Source of the DNA: Eledone cirrhosa
Lineage: Eukaryota
Assembly (NCBI GenBank): GCA_964016885.1
Contig: OZ024745.1
Location: 47,988,001-48,052,000, forward strand
Direction: 5' to 3'
DNA: 64,000 nt
Made by a program: the position numbers and the translations under genes. This document shows positions 12,681-24,049 of the stretch, in pieces. The notes under the pieces were generated by a model. It made no database searches, was not told the DNA's origin, and saw only the letters and a list, made by a program, of their open reading frames with translations. The stretch's first letter is position 1. Each line of letters opens with the position of its first letter.

Positions 12681-13366
12681 TTTTTTCTTTCTTTCTCTCT
12701 TTTTTTCGTTAACCGTATTTATTATATAACAGTTAAAGGAAACTGTTTGAGGGCCCGTTGGATAGACTGTAGTTTTAATGTAATTCAAAGGGCCTGGCTT
12801 GTCAAACACTATGTAACGCTGAATCTCCCCGCGAATTGCGTTAAGGGTACTAGCATCCGTGGAATGCTTAGCTACTTTTTTTACTCGTAAAAATAAAGTT
12901 TTACTCACTGTTGTATAAAAAGAAATATAATAATCCAATGCTTACATGACGAAAGCACAAACAAATATATTATAAGGGAAAGAGAAAACAGAAAGAAAAG
13001 AAAGGAAAAAGGAAAAAAAAACACAGAAGCGGTTAGCACACATCTGGGACAACAACAAAATGCAGGCGAAAGGGGTGAACAACCGAGACGCTAAAAGAGC
13101 AGGCTGTTTCGTTGATAGAACAACTAGAACACTTTCGACGGAGGTCCATTCTATTATTTAATGGTGGAGATTACTTTCAATCGATGCTGCTGTTTGGACG
13201 TTTGACACATTAGCCTTTTAGTAACGTTTAGATTCAATTCCCCGTTTTCTCCTTTCTCTCTATCTGCATTTGTATATACATACATACGTACGTACGCATG
13301 TGAGTCCCGGGTTCGATCGGGGGGGGGGGGGGTTAACTACAGTAAGTGAGGCAATACATTAGTCGA

Positions 13367-13512
13367 GTATATACAATATTTGATACAGAAACGGCTCTAC
13401 AGGACTAGAACTATTTGGTTCGAAAGAAATCATCCTGATAATTTCTTTCGAATGAAACAGTTCTGTATATATATTAGTCCTGTAGAAGCGATTTCTATAT
13501 TAAATTATATAT
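13367..13512. repeat. Imperfect inverted repeat, small MITE-like hairpin
   Basis: ctacaggacta/tagtcctgtag and ttcgaaagaaat/atttctttcgaa are arranged symmetrically. Confidence 0.55.
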
Positions 13513-13634
13513 TTATTAAAATAACAGATTAAAGTTTAAGCAAAGAATCGCTGCTTTCACCCTTAACGGGATCTTCAGAAGTGGTCCGAAAGTGTTGTCA
13601 CATATTGTTTTAACTTTCATTATTTTTTGTTTTA

Positions 13635-13827
13635 GGGCGTTGGATTGGCAGTATCGGTAGAGGGTCGGACGCCATGCTTTGCAGCAAAGAGTTACGACCC
13701 TTTATGGTTTGAGTTCAAATCCCACCTAGGTTAACTTTGCCTTTCATCCTTACGGGGTCGATAAAATAAAGTACCAGTAATACACTGAAATAATTGCTGG
13801 CCTTGTGCCAAAAGTAGAAACAATTAT
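13635..13827 (+). mobile_element. tRNA-derived SINE, full length
   Basis: Same A-box, B-box, core and tail as 10381-10563. Confidence 0.85.
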
Positions 13828-14249
13828 TTTTTGTTTTAATAATATAATATATAATATCATTAATAATAATAATTGTTTCTACTTAATATAATTTTCTATT
13901 TCAGAGCTCCTACAGTTTGGCATGGAGGATAAGATTCGGCAAATCAGCTCCTCCGAATAGGACGATACTGCAATGGAGACAAACTGTTTCTCATTACTTT
14001 TTGGCCAATCGTTACACTACTTTACCACTTTCATCCATGTAACGCTCATAAACATATCAATCTCGCCTCTATTTTGTTCACCGTTGTCCTTGACTACGTG
14101 AACCTCTTCCCGTCACTTTCCATTCAACTTTCATTTGATTTACCAAAGCACGTCACCCAGCTTCGATTTATCTTTCTTGTTTCTTCTGAATAGCTGATTT
14201 CACATTTTTATCAGTTGTTATATAGTATCATATAGAAATATAGTATATA

Positions 14250-14990
14250 GTTATATAGTATCATATAGTATAATAAAGAAATTGGCAAGGTAAAACGACG
14301 ACGTTTTTGAAGAAAATTTTAGGCGTCGAAGACGATAAACTAGCCGCTCTTTTCTGGAGTACGTATGAATAACTTCCAGAAAATCCTGACTTGACAGCGC
14401 AACTGCCGATTCGAGATAAACTCTAAAGGCACGGAAACGGATCTGCATGCATTCGTGCAGCGTTTGATCATTGCTGACTTGTGGAACTATGTCGAACAGT
14501 TGCTGTCGCATGTATGACGGACCCGGCTGTCGGCTGAGTCCATCCTGAAGATAGCCCCGTCATTTTCCTTTAGACGGAAAGGAGTTTTCATCTGCCTGCT
14601 AGTCATGGCGAAAGAGGTTGTGTAGTGGACACGATTGAAAAGGTTGAGGACAGATACGTTTCTCTTCGGCGAAGCCCTTGAAGAGGAAAATCTGGGCGAA
14701 AAGGGAAGTGATACCTTCCAGCCAGTTTGTTAACGGTTGGATGAGAGAGGCAAGTGTGGGCCTGCTCTGAGTATACGCATATAGATTGGAGGACAACTGG
14801 GAGGGGATCTTTGGGCGGTCGTTTTTCTCCACGAAAATGACATCATGTTCGAGACAGTTTATCGTGAATTAGAATGGCTGATGCAGCGGGTATCGCTGTT
14901 CGTTTTTGCTGGCAATGCATTCGTTACCTTGTCCTTAGAGCACAGCTGAGATATGCCGCTTAACCAAGGGTGTAAACCCTTTCATTACCG
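14250..14990 (-). mobile_element. Highly decayed LTR-retrotransposon pol remnant (tentative)
   Basis: A GC/CpG-richer block; PTLASLIQPLTNWL...FAEEK resembles the Gypsy RT connection region. No catalytic motif is recognisable. Confidence 0.3.
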
Positions 14991-15296
14991 ATCACCCTTG
15001 TCATTTAAAGGAATTTTCCTACGGACACCGTTACAATTATTTCTTCCCCATAGTGTTATAGTGTGAGAATACCAATTAAAATAGACAAATGCTTATACGT
15101 AGCAAAAAAAGAAAAAAGATACCAGTAGCATGTTCAAGGAATTTTCAACGCAGGCTGGGAACCGGTGGTTAAAAGGTTCCCTCTTTCACCAATTCTCAGC
15201 CACCTTGTTTTTTTTATCATTCTTAAATTAAGTTTAAAAAATATTGACGCCAGGAAAAGAATATGCCCGTTTCAATGTTTAATTGCCAGACGAAGT

Positions 15297-16895
15297 ATAA
15301 TTGTTTCTACTTTTGGCACAAGACCAGTGTATTACTGGTACTTTATTTTATCGACCCCGTAAGGATGAAAGGCAAAGTTAACCTCGGCGGGATTTGAACT
15401 CAGACCGTAACTCTATGCTTCAAAGCATGGAGTTACGTCCCTTTACGGTCTGAAAATATATCATATATTAGTTCCACGCTTAATATAGTAGGAAAGGTCC
15501 TTCATGTATGTATATATTAGACTCCATGCTTTGCAGCATAGAGTTATGGCCCTTCATGTTCTGAGTTCAAATCCCATCGAGGTTAGCTTTGCCTTTCATC
15601 CTTACGGGGTCGATTCAATTGACTTTCCCTCCCCCAAAATTGTTGGCATTGTGCCTAAATTAGAAATCATTGGTGGATTGGCAGTATCGGTAGAGGGTCG
15701 GACGCCATGCTTTGACGCATAGAGTTACGGCCTTTGCCATTCTGAGTTCAAATCCCGCCGAGGTTAACTTTGCCTTTCATCCTTACGGGGGTCGATAAAA
15801 TAAAGTACCAGTAATGCACTGGTTAATTGCTGGCCTTGTGCCAAACGTAGAAACAATTATTATTGGTGAATTGGCAGTATCGGTAGAGAGTCGGACGCCA
15901 TGCTTTCCAGCATAGTTACATCCCTTTACGGTCTGAGTTCAAATCCCGTCGAGGTCGATAAAATAAAGTACCAGTAATGAACTAATAATTGCTGGCCTTG
16001 TGCCAAAAAAGTAGAAACAATTATTATTGTGGATTGTGGACGGTGGATTGGCAGTATCGGTAGAGTCAGACACCATGCTTTGAAGCATAGAGTTACGTCC
16101 CTTTACGGTCTGAGTTCAAATCCCGCCGAGGTTAACTTTGCCTTTCATCCTTACGGGGGTCGATAAAATAAAGTACCAGTAATACACTGAGTAATTTTCT
16201 GGCTTTGTGCCAAAAGTAGAAACAATTATTTGGATTGGCAGTATCGATAGAGGGTCGGACGTCATGCTTAGCAGCATAGAGTTACGGCCCTTTAGGGTCT
16301 AAGTTCAAATCCCGCCGAGGTTGACTTTGCCTTTCATCCTTACGAGGTTGATAAAATAAAGCACCAGTAACGTACTTGGTCGATTTAATCGACTTTCCCC
16401 TCCCCCAAAATTACTGGCCTTGTGCTTATACTAGAAATCATTCGAGGTTAACTTTGCCTTTCATCCTTACGGGGTCGATAAAATAAATACCAGTAATGTA
16501 CTGGTTAATTGCGCCAAAAGTAGAAACAATTATTATTATTGAGTTCAAATCCCGCCGAGGTTGACTTTGCCTTTCATCCTTACGGGGTCGATAAAATAAA
16601 GTACCAGTAATGCACTGGAAATTTCTAGCCTTGTGCCAAATGTAGAAACAATTATTATGAGGGTGATGGATTGGCAGTATCGATAGATCGCCGGACATGC
16701 TTTGCAGCATAGAGTTATGGCTGTTTACATTCTGAATTTAAATATCCCACCGAGGCTAGCTTTGCCTTTCATCCTTACGGGGGGGGGGGGGGGGGTCGAT
16801 AAAATAAAGCACCAGTAATGCAGTGGTCGATTCAATCAACTTTCCCATTCACTTCAAATTACTGGCCTTGTGCCTAAAGTAGGAACAATTATTAT
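15297..16895 (+). repeat. Head-to-tail array of about 8 SINE copies (+), preceded by one inverted copy
   Basis: Copies start at about 15520, 15671, 15863, 16041, 16230, 16441, 16540 and 16661, each soon after the previous AAACAATTAT/AAATCAT tail. A minus copy lies at 15297-15430. Confidence 0.9.
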
Positions 16896-16989
16896 TATCA
16901 TAATATATATAATATACAAATAAGATGTAGCTTAGCAGCGTCTTGTATATATGTGTGTATGCAGTGACCAACGGTAACAGCATGAACGC

Positions 16990-17320
16990 CTCATGATCTC
17001 AGAGGACAGAACAGAAAAAGCGTTAACCCAGAGAATAGCAGCGGGTAGGGAGTTGGTTTAGAGACCCAGAACACCAGACGTTTCCACCACTATAGGTTCA
17101 ACTACAAACTCTATTAGAAAGCGGCGATCTTCAGCTTGTTTAGCAAACTGGGTCTGGGTCTATCGTTGATTCACCAGGTTGCTGCTGGAATAAGTGTCTC
17201 TGCGTGTCGTATCCCAAATGAGGGGCTTTATTACTGCGGAACGGAGAGATTTTTGTGTCATCTGGCCTTTTGCCGTCCCCTCGGTCTCTAACTACACCGG
17301 TTGGAGTTGCGATGGGAAGT
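16990..17320 (-). mobile_element. CRE-type RLE 3' fragment
   Basis: The minus strand reads RGDGKRPDDTKISPFRSNK..IWDTT, followed by a decayed PIVVETSGVLG. Confidence 0.7.
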
Positions 17321-18075
17321 GTGTATAAACATCAATACAATAATTATACCAGAAGTTATTTCATTACAAAAAAAAAAAGACAATTGACCAATAGTGCACT
17401 GGGGTCAATTTAATCGACTCCCCTCTTCCCTAAAATTGTTGGCCTTGTGCCAAAATCAGAAACCATTATATTCAAGCTTCTCCCGCTTCCACTTATATAT
17501 ATATATATATACACATACATACATACATATACATACTCACACGTATGTGTATGTGTTTTGACCTGCGTCTACTCTCAAAATGAAATAAAAATTCTAAAAT
17601 GGACTCGTCCGTACGTTAACTGAACAAGAACGCTGGATGTCTCGTTTCAAAATATTGTGTGGAAAATTTAATAGAAGATCGTATTGAGTCTAATATAATT
17701 GGTGGCAACGAGATAAGATTTTATATTTCTGTCTTGTCTCTTACTGCTAACCATTTTATCTGACAACTCAAATATTCGAAAGCAAACCATAACAATAATA
17801 TTAATAATAATTGAATTACCATCAACATAAAAATAGTTTCTAACATAGGCACAAAGTCACGGATTTATAGGATTAAATCGATCATAGTACTTGATTGGTA
17901 CTTTATTTAATCAACCCCTGAGGGTGAAAGACAAAGTTGACCTGGGCGAATAATACTTTCACTATGTTTAAAATTTAAGTTATAAGTATTATACAGTGTT
18001 TGGCTTCCACGACGACGACGATCATTTTGTGAATTTAACCATATAAACTATTGAAAAAATAACAAAAAAAATAAC

Positions 18076-19452
18076 ATGCCGTTTTCCACCTCACCTCCCG
18101 AAAATGCATATTACACAAATAACCTATCTTCGAATGAAGTAATGCAACAACCATCACCGATAAAACTTAAATACGACAGAGACTTCATTCTAAAGTTACA
18201 ATATAATGAAGCTTCACTCACCAAACCAGTCGGACTTCCAGATTTGCCAGAAATATTATTTAAAAAACCACAATTTCCGAAGCAGGTTAAATATAATAAA
18301 ATACGGCGAGATATCATACCTTTTAAATGTTCCAAAAATATGAAGTCTGTGGATGACTTTGGAAATGATTCGGAGGACGAAGAACTTAATACGAAGATGA
18401 AGAACATTGCAAGTAGACTAGCACCGGAAAAATATAAATCTGTTTTGTCACAAATACGAGATATTCAGATTGATAAAGAAAGCAAGTTAGTGGCTATTAT
18501 GAATCTTTTGTTTGAAAAAGCAACCAGTGACCCTATGCTATCGACAGCATATGCTTACGTGTGTCGTTGTCTGACTTTGAAACGAGTTCCATCCGTCCAT
18601 TGCCACAAAGAAGTTGTAAACGTCCATAAAGTTCTTAATAAGAAATGTCAAAAAGAATTCGAAAAATACCAAGCTGAAGAAGCAATGATAAATAAGAAAC
18701 TGCAGCAAATTGAGAAATCTGAAAGCAATATGGAAAAATTAAAATTTCAAACTGAACTTGTCAAAGAAATTGAAACTTTCAAGAGAAAATCGCAAGCAAA
18801 TGTTCGGTTTCTCTGTGAATTGTTTAAATTGGGTGTATTGAGGGAGAACACCATGCAGAAATACATTAAAAGAATGCTGCAGTCCCTTTCAGAAAACAGT
18901 TTGGAAAGTGTATGTCTTTTGTTTAATACAATAGGTGAAAGACTTGACTCAGGGAAAAAGTTTAAAATGGATGTGTATTTCATCCAACTAAAAAGTATCG
19001 CAGAAGAAAATTCAACCCCGAACAGACTGAAGGTAATGATTGAAAATCTGATCAGTTTACGTGAAAACCAATGGAATCAAAAAGAGGCCGAGAATCACAC
19101 AAAACAGAAGGGAAATACGAGTATAAAAGATGGCATGAAAGAGGAAACTATAGCAAATAGTTATTATAACAAAGGCAAAGATATTTACCAAAACGGTGAT
19201 GGTTCTACAGCTTCTAACATGGGAGATAGTTTTCCCCCTTCCAGCTCATCCTATCAACAACAACATATGAAAGAAGAGTACCTCAAACCTGATTTTATGA
19301 AAATCTTCGATATTGACTCTCAAAATAAATGTACGGAAAGAAAGTATTCTAACTTCGTTTACGATGGACCGAACAGGGCCTCTGCCCGAGGAGATGTGAT
19401 GATACCGAACTGCAGCCCAAATATCGTTAGAGAGACCAAAGAAGCTGTTTAA
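18076..19452 (+). CDS. EIF4G: Intronless eIF4G-like protein (eIF4E-binding motif plus a single MIF4G domain), probable retrogene
   Basis: Uninterrupted 458-aa ORF. KYDRDFILKLQ plus ASLTKPVGLPDLPEIL are the canonical and non-canonical 4E-binding motifs. The MIF4G domain reads FEKATSDPMLSTAYAYVCRCL, KCQKEFEK, NVRFLCELFKL, SLESVCLLFNTIGERLD, MDVYFIQL, LRENQW. An in-frame TGA at 18052 with no AG before the ATG supports this start; AATAAA lies at 19839. Confidence 0.9.
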   Translation: MPFSTSPPENAYYTNNLSSNEVMQQPSPIKLKYDRDFILKLQYNEASLTKPVGLPDLPEILFKKPQFPKQVKYNKIRRDIIPFKCSKNMKSVDDFGNDSEDEELNTKMKNIASRLAPEKYKSVLSQIRDIQIDKESKLVAIMNLLFEKATSDPMLSTAYAYVCRCLTLKRVPSVHCHKEVVNVHKVLNKKCQKEFEKYQAEEAMINKKLQQIEKSESNMEKLKFQTELVKEIETFKRKSQANVRFLCELFKLGVLRENTMQKYIKRMLQSLSENSLESVCLLFNTIGERLDSGKKFKMDVYFIQLKSIAEENSTPNRLKVMIENLISLRENQWNQKEAENHTKQKGNTSIKDGMKEETIANSYYNKGKDIYQNGDGSTASNMGDSFPPSSSSYQQQHMKEEYLKPDFMKIFDIDSQNKCTERKYSNFVYDGPNRASARGDVMIPNCSPNIVRETKEAV

Positions 19453-19729
19453 TAACTAACCGAATCACGGACAAACAGATTCTGGGAATCTTTCGATACA
19501 ATAGCAAAATGAAATTGAAAGGGACATAACTACAATTTGGTGCCCTATCTTCTTCCCGGCTTTGTTCTCATAACTTTAATAGAGCTAATTCCCCCAACTT
19601 CTGTTGCATGATCATTTTTTCACCAAAGCATTTGTTCAAGAGAAAATTCTTTTTTTTTTCTCGCTTTTCAGTGTTCTAATTTCTCTATATAGAAAAAAAG
19701 TGAACTTATATCAAAAACTTTGCAAGCCT

Positions 19730-19833
19730 TCTTTACCATAGTTTATGTAATACATATATATGCAAGGCCTCTTTACCATAGTTTATGCAGTATGTATATA
19801 TATATATATATAGTGTCTTTACCATAGTTTATG
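19730..19833 (+). repeat. Triple 18-nt motif TCTTTACCATAGTTTATG in the eIF4G-like 3'UTR
   Basis: Exact copies start at 19730, 19770 and 19816, directly before the poly(A) signal. Confidence 0.85.
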
Positions 19834-19838
19834 CACCC

Positions 19839-19844
19839 AATAAA
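19839..19844 (+). terminator. Candidate polyadenylation signal of the eIF4G-like gene
   Basis: AATAAA about 390 nt after the stop codon, followed by T/GT-rich sequence. Confidence 0.55.
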
Positions 19845-20483
19845 GATATTTTCAATTCCATAAGATTGTTTTTAGATGGGACCTACTGAATTATGTGTAG
19901 ATGGTATACAACTGCAAATCTATATAAACTTTTAATTTTTCTAACCCATAACCTTCAAACAACACCCTCTTTGCATAGTCTTCTATCCTAACATTTTCTT
20001 CTGACAAAAGGCCAATGCTGAAACAATAAAATTCTCTTCTCAGAGCACACGGTAACGTTTAATTTTGTGAACTTTGTTGAACTTATTTCCTCAAACATTC
20101 TTAGTTTATATATTTCCTGAATGGTAGACTTCATTCATCACCTGGTTTAACACCATTGCCTGGCTTTGGGTGCCTTTGGTGGATACACTTTGTTGCAAGT
20201 ATTTGAGCTGTCTGAGAATGATTTTCTCCCTCCTATCAGTCTCAGAGGCCCTAAAAATATTAAGTCATGTAGACTGCCCTTCTTACCCTGACTAAACTGT
20301 GTGTGTGTGTGTGTGTATACTACAAATAAGACAAATATCAACAGCATTTGAAAAATAGCAGTTCTCAAATTTATAACAAACAAGAAAGAACAATCTGCAA
20401 AAAAAAGACCTTTCTCCATGTTTGTGCAAGAACCAGTTGAAGAAAGAAAAAAATTAATGAAATAACAGACATACTCTATAGGA

Positions 20484-20527
<44 letters not shown>

Positions 20528-20954
20528 CAAAATAAATTTTTAAAAGGGAAACATTCAAAATACATGTACTTTTTATTTACTTATTTTTTAATTGCATGTC
20601 CTAATTTGAAATAAAATTATTCATCTAGATAAAACAAAAAAAAAAAAGATCATAGCCATTTAAAAAATTGTAGAAAAAATGTTAAAAATATAATTTAATT
20701 TTGAATACCACTGCTCAAATTATTACAATGAAGGTAATGAGTGGAATTTTATTTTCAAGTTCCTTTATCACAAGGATAAACATTTCCCAACATTGTTCTT
20801 AAAAATTAATTATTCTTATAACTGAATTTTGATAGAGAACTGGCATGATCAGAGCTGACCACAATCCTGGTTTTAAGCAAGCTTCAAATCTATTTTTAGG
20901 CCAACTTGAATACTTTAAACACTGCATGTATGTGTATGCACACACATTATATAA

Positions 20955-20985
<31 letters not shown>

Positions 20986-23123
20986 AAAAGTAAACGGAAA
21001 CAACAAACCAAACAATACAGCACAATGAAAAAATACATTAGTATAGTAGGAAGAGAGTTTTAACGTTTTAGACACCAGTCTTTCATCAGAAGATAGAATG
21101 AGAGTGAGAAGAAGGGACAGAATAAAAGTGTTTGGAGAAAATGCATGCGTGTGTTTAGTCAACCAGTTTAGGGAGTATATATGTGTATACATACATACAT
21201 AAACATTTATACACACACACACACAGACAGACACATTTCCATTCATATATAAACACAGGTATGCAAATAAACATGCATGTATGTATACCTCAGTTGACTG
21301 GTATCTTAATTTTACCAATGCCAACTCTACTACAATGTTTGATCTCACTATCAGTAAATATTTGTTATTTATAACCCCCCCCTCCCCCCACACACACACA
21401 CACACAAGTAAATCTTTTGAGCAAAATGTTTTGAATCTTCACTGAAATTATGAGAAGGGAAAAAATATATTTTAAGTGAATCATATCCAGAAGTTAGCAA
21501 ATGTGAAAGCAATCTTTAGCTAACAAGGTAAATCTGCACAACACCAAATGCTTGGATTACATTTGTATAGGCAAAGGTAACCCACTCAGGAGAGTAATAG
21601 CTCTGAATAAAAACTGATACAGTGAAGAGGCCATCTTTAGCCCCAACAAACAACCTCTCTAGTGCTGGTGGAACGATAAAATGCATCTAGCCCATGCTGT
21701 GGAGTGGTTGGTGATATGAAGGGTATCCAGTCAGTAAAACCATGCCAAAAATCTGAACAATCCAATAAACACCCCCGCCTCCAACCAACCAAATGCAAAA
21801 GATTTACTATAAAAAAATTAATAAATTTTTAGTTGTATGAAAAAAACAAAACAAATTCAGGCCAAATAAAAAGAAAAGACTATTTTTATTTTATTTTAAA
21901 CCAGTCCATATCGTCTTGCGTCATCACTGTCTGTTCTGTTTGCTTTTAAATGCTTTTTTTCTGTTTTGTTTTGTTTTGTATACATTTTTTGTATTTTCTG
22001 GGAATTTTAATAGCATGATAAGCAGTTTTGTCTGAATTGTGTAACTTGATTTTTGTTCTCAGTATTGCTTATAAATTATAACCAATCATAAGAATCTGTT
22101 TTGTTTTGGACAGAGCATATGTTGTGCACAGATAAATGAAAAACAAGATCATTCGTTTTATTTCGGCTTGGTGCTTATTTTATGAAGTATCATCAATCAG
22201 GCATTGATCAATCCCTTTCTTCAGTTTCATGACTGTCAAAGAAATTCATTTTATATGCAACCTAATGAAATAGGAGATGAATTTTGAATGGCATTCTTTA
22301 AAATATAAGCAAAACAAAAAGGAAAAAAAAATTTAAAATTTATGAGGTGGTGAGGTGGTGGAATTGTAAAAAATATTTCAAGGAAAATTATGTTTTTTGT
22401 TTTCAAAATTCAAAATAAGTAAAAAATTAATTTAAATACTATATAAAATCTTCCTCAGAGAAAAAAAAATATTTAAAGCTTTTGTAGATTTGACTCATCT
22501 GAAAAGTGATGTGGGATTGTGTGGCCATCCATAAAATAAACACCAAACCACTGAATTCTCATCTTTCTTTATAGTCACATAATTCATGTTTCATTGGAGT
22601 GATTAGAAATGGTTATGTAGGTAACGTGGTAGTAACCCATTGAGTGGTGTAGACTACTTGTTCATTAACTCATTAAAACTCGAGTGACAAGTAAGTCTTT
22701 TAGATGTCAGGGCCATGAGTATCAGGACATTGGACAAATTTACTGCTTATACCGTACCTGCTAGACAGCAGTAGTTAGTGTTGTCTGATGTCTCGGTGTC
22801 ATCACAGTCAATTTGCATTGTATGTTGTGTTTAGAAGTGGTGGAAAGCTGTCCACAGTCATCAGTTAGGAATAGCTGATATTTTAGGATGTCATTTGAAT
22901 GCTCACTGTTATCTTGGAGGGGAACAGTAGTAGTCAAGTACTAGAGTCAATGTCATCAGTACAGTTATGTCTTTAATAGTCCTATTAATTGGCAGTAAAG
23001 AGAATTTGCAGACCATGACAAGTCTGCCTCTAGCACAATAAAACAGCCCAAATAGAAAATATCGACTGTTATACTTATGAGCACTGCTTGTAAACTGGCA
23101 TTTAATACCAGTAGCAAACTGGT

Positions 23124-23314
23124 TCAGAATTGAAATCCATCCATTGGTACATCCTGACCAGCACTAAACTGGTATTGTTGAGCACTTTCATCAGTTAAAG
23201 GAACAATACTTTTATCCTCTTCTTCAGTGCCAAAGTAACGTTCAATTATACCAAAAGCTTTTTGATAAATCTCTCGGTTTTCATGACTTTGCAGAAATTC
23301 AATCTTATCCAGAC
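23124..23314 (-). CDS. KPNA6: Importin alpha coding exon 13 (terminal)
   Basis: [29 protein letters not shown]...VPMDGFQF* (TGA at 23124-23126). Confidence 0.95.
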
Positions 23315-24049
23315 CTAGAGAAAATGAAAAGGTCAAATTTATTAATTAAGGGAACTAGATTTATTTACTCTTTTATTATTATATTTCTAATGAAAGACAC
23401 AGAAGTTCACTTATAATAAACATATATTCAGGCTCATTGAGAGTATTTAAGTATATACTTTGAATCACTGTTGGATAAGGGCAATTGTTAATTATCCACA
23501 TAACATATTGAACCATGCAACATGTATATATTACTAAAAATGTAATTCATTGTTTTTGAATCAATTGCCAAGCTTACTCTTTTGACCCTTTTCATACCAA
23601 CCCATCCAGAATCACCACTGGTTCAATGAAATAAAATAAAACATTTAAAAATGTTTCTACTTAAATTAAAATCTTCCAACATAATTTGATATAAGTACCT
23701 TTCGTTAAATTATCTTACTAATTCTATTTTAATATAGAAATAATTAATAATTTTAGTAAATCCATCCATTCTTCATTAATTCAAATATAGTATATTTCTT
23801 TAGAAATACAGTAATGAAAGGGTTAAATTATACAACAGCATGTTTACCAATCTAAACCATTCAAATTATTCAATCAACCAATTAGTTTATATCGTTTCAT
23901 ACAAACTATAATACAACATAGAAGTTTCTGTAATACAAAATATCCAGTAGTAAAAAAACTACAATATACTTAGCAATAAAGAAACCAAAAAAGAAAGTAA
24001 AATAAGAACAAGTAAGAGAAAAAAGTGAAAAAAAAAAAGGAGTGGAGGA

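Noticed and set aside
13545-13580. Minus-strand CTGAAGA-T-CCC GTTAA GGG-T-GAAA hammerhead-like core
   Set aside because: Stem I, stem III and the cleavage triplet cannot be formed convincingly.
15520-16895. CRISPR-like repeat array
   Set aside because: Units are about 190-bp SINEs without unique spacers, the context is eukaryotic and there are no cas genes.
18111-18983. Antisense ORFs of 98 and 78 aa inside the eIF4G-like gene
   Set aside because: These are shadow ORFs of a coding strand with no recognisable motifs. The same applies to ORFs opposite the CR1 and RTE elements.
20147-21405. ORFs rich in HT, CV or YI dipeptides
   Set aside because: They are translations of (CA)n and (TA)n microsatellites.
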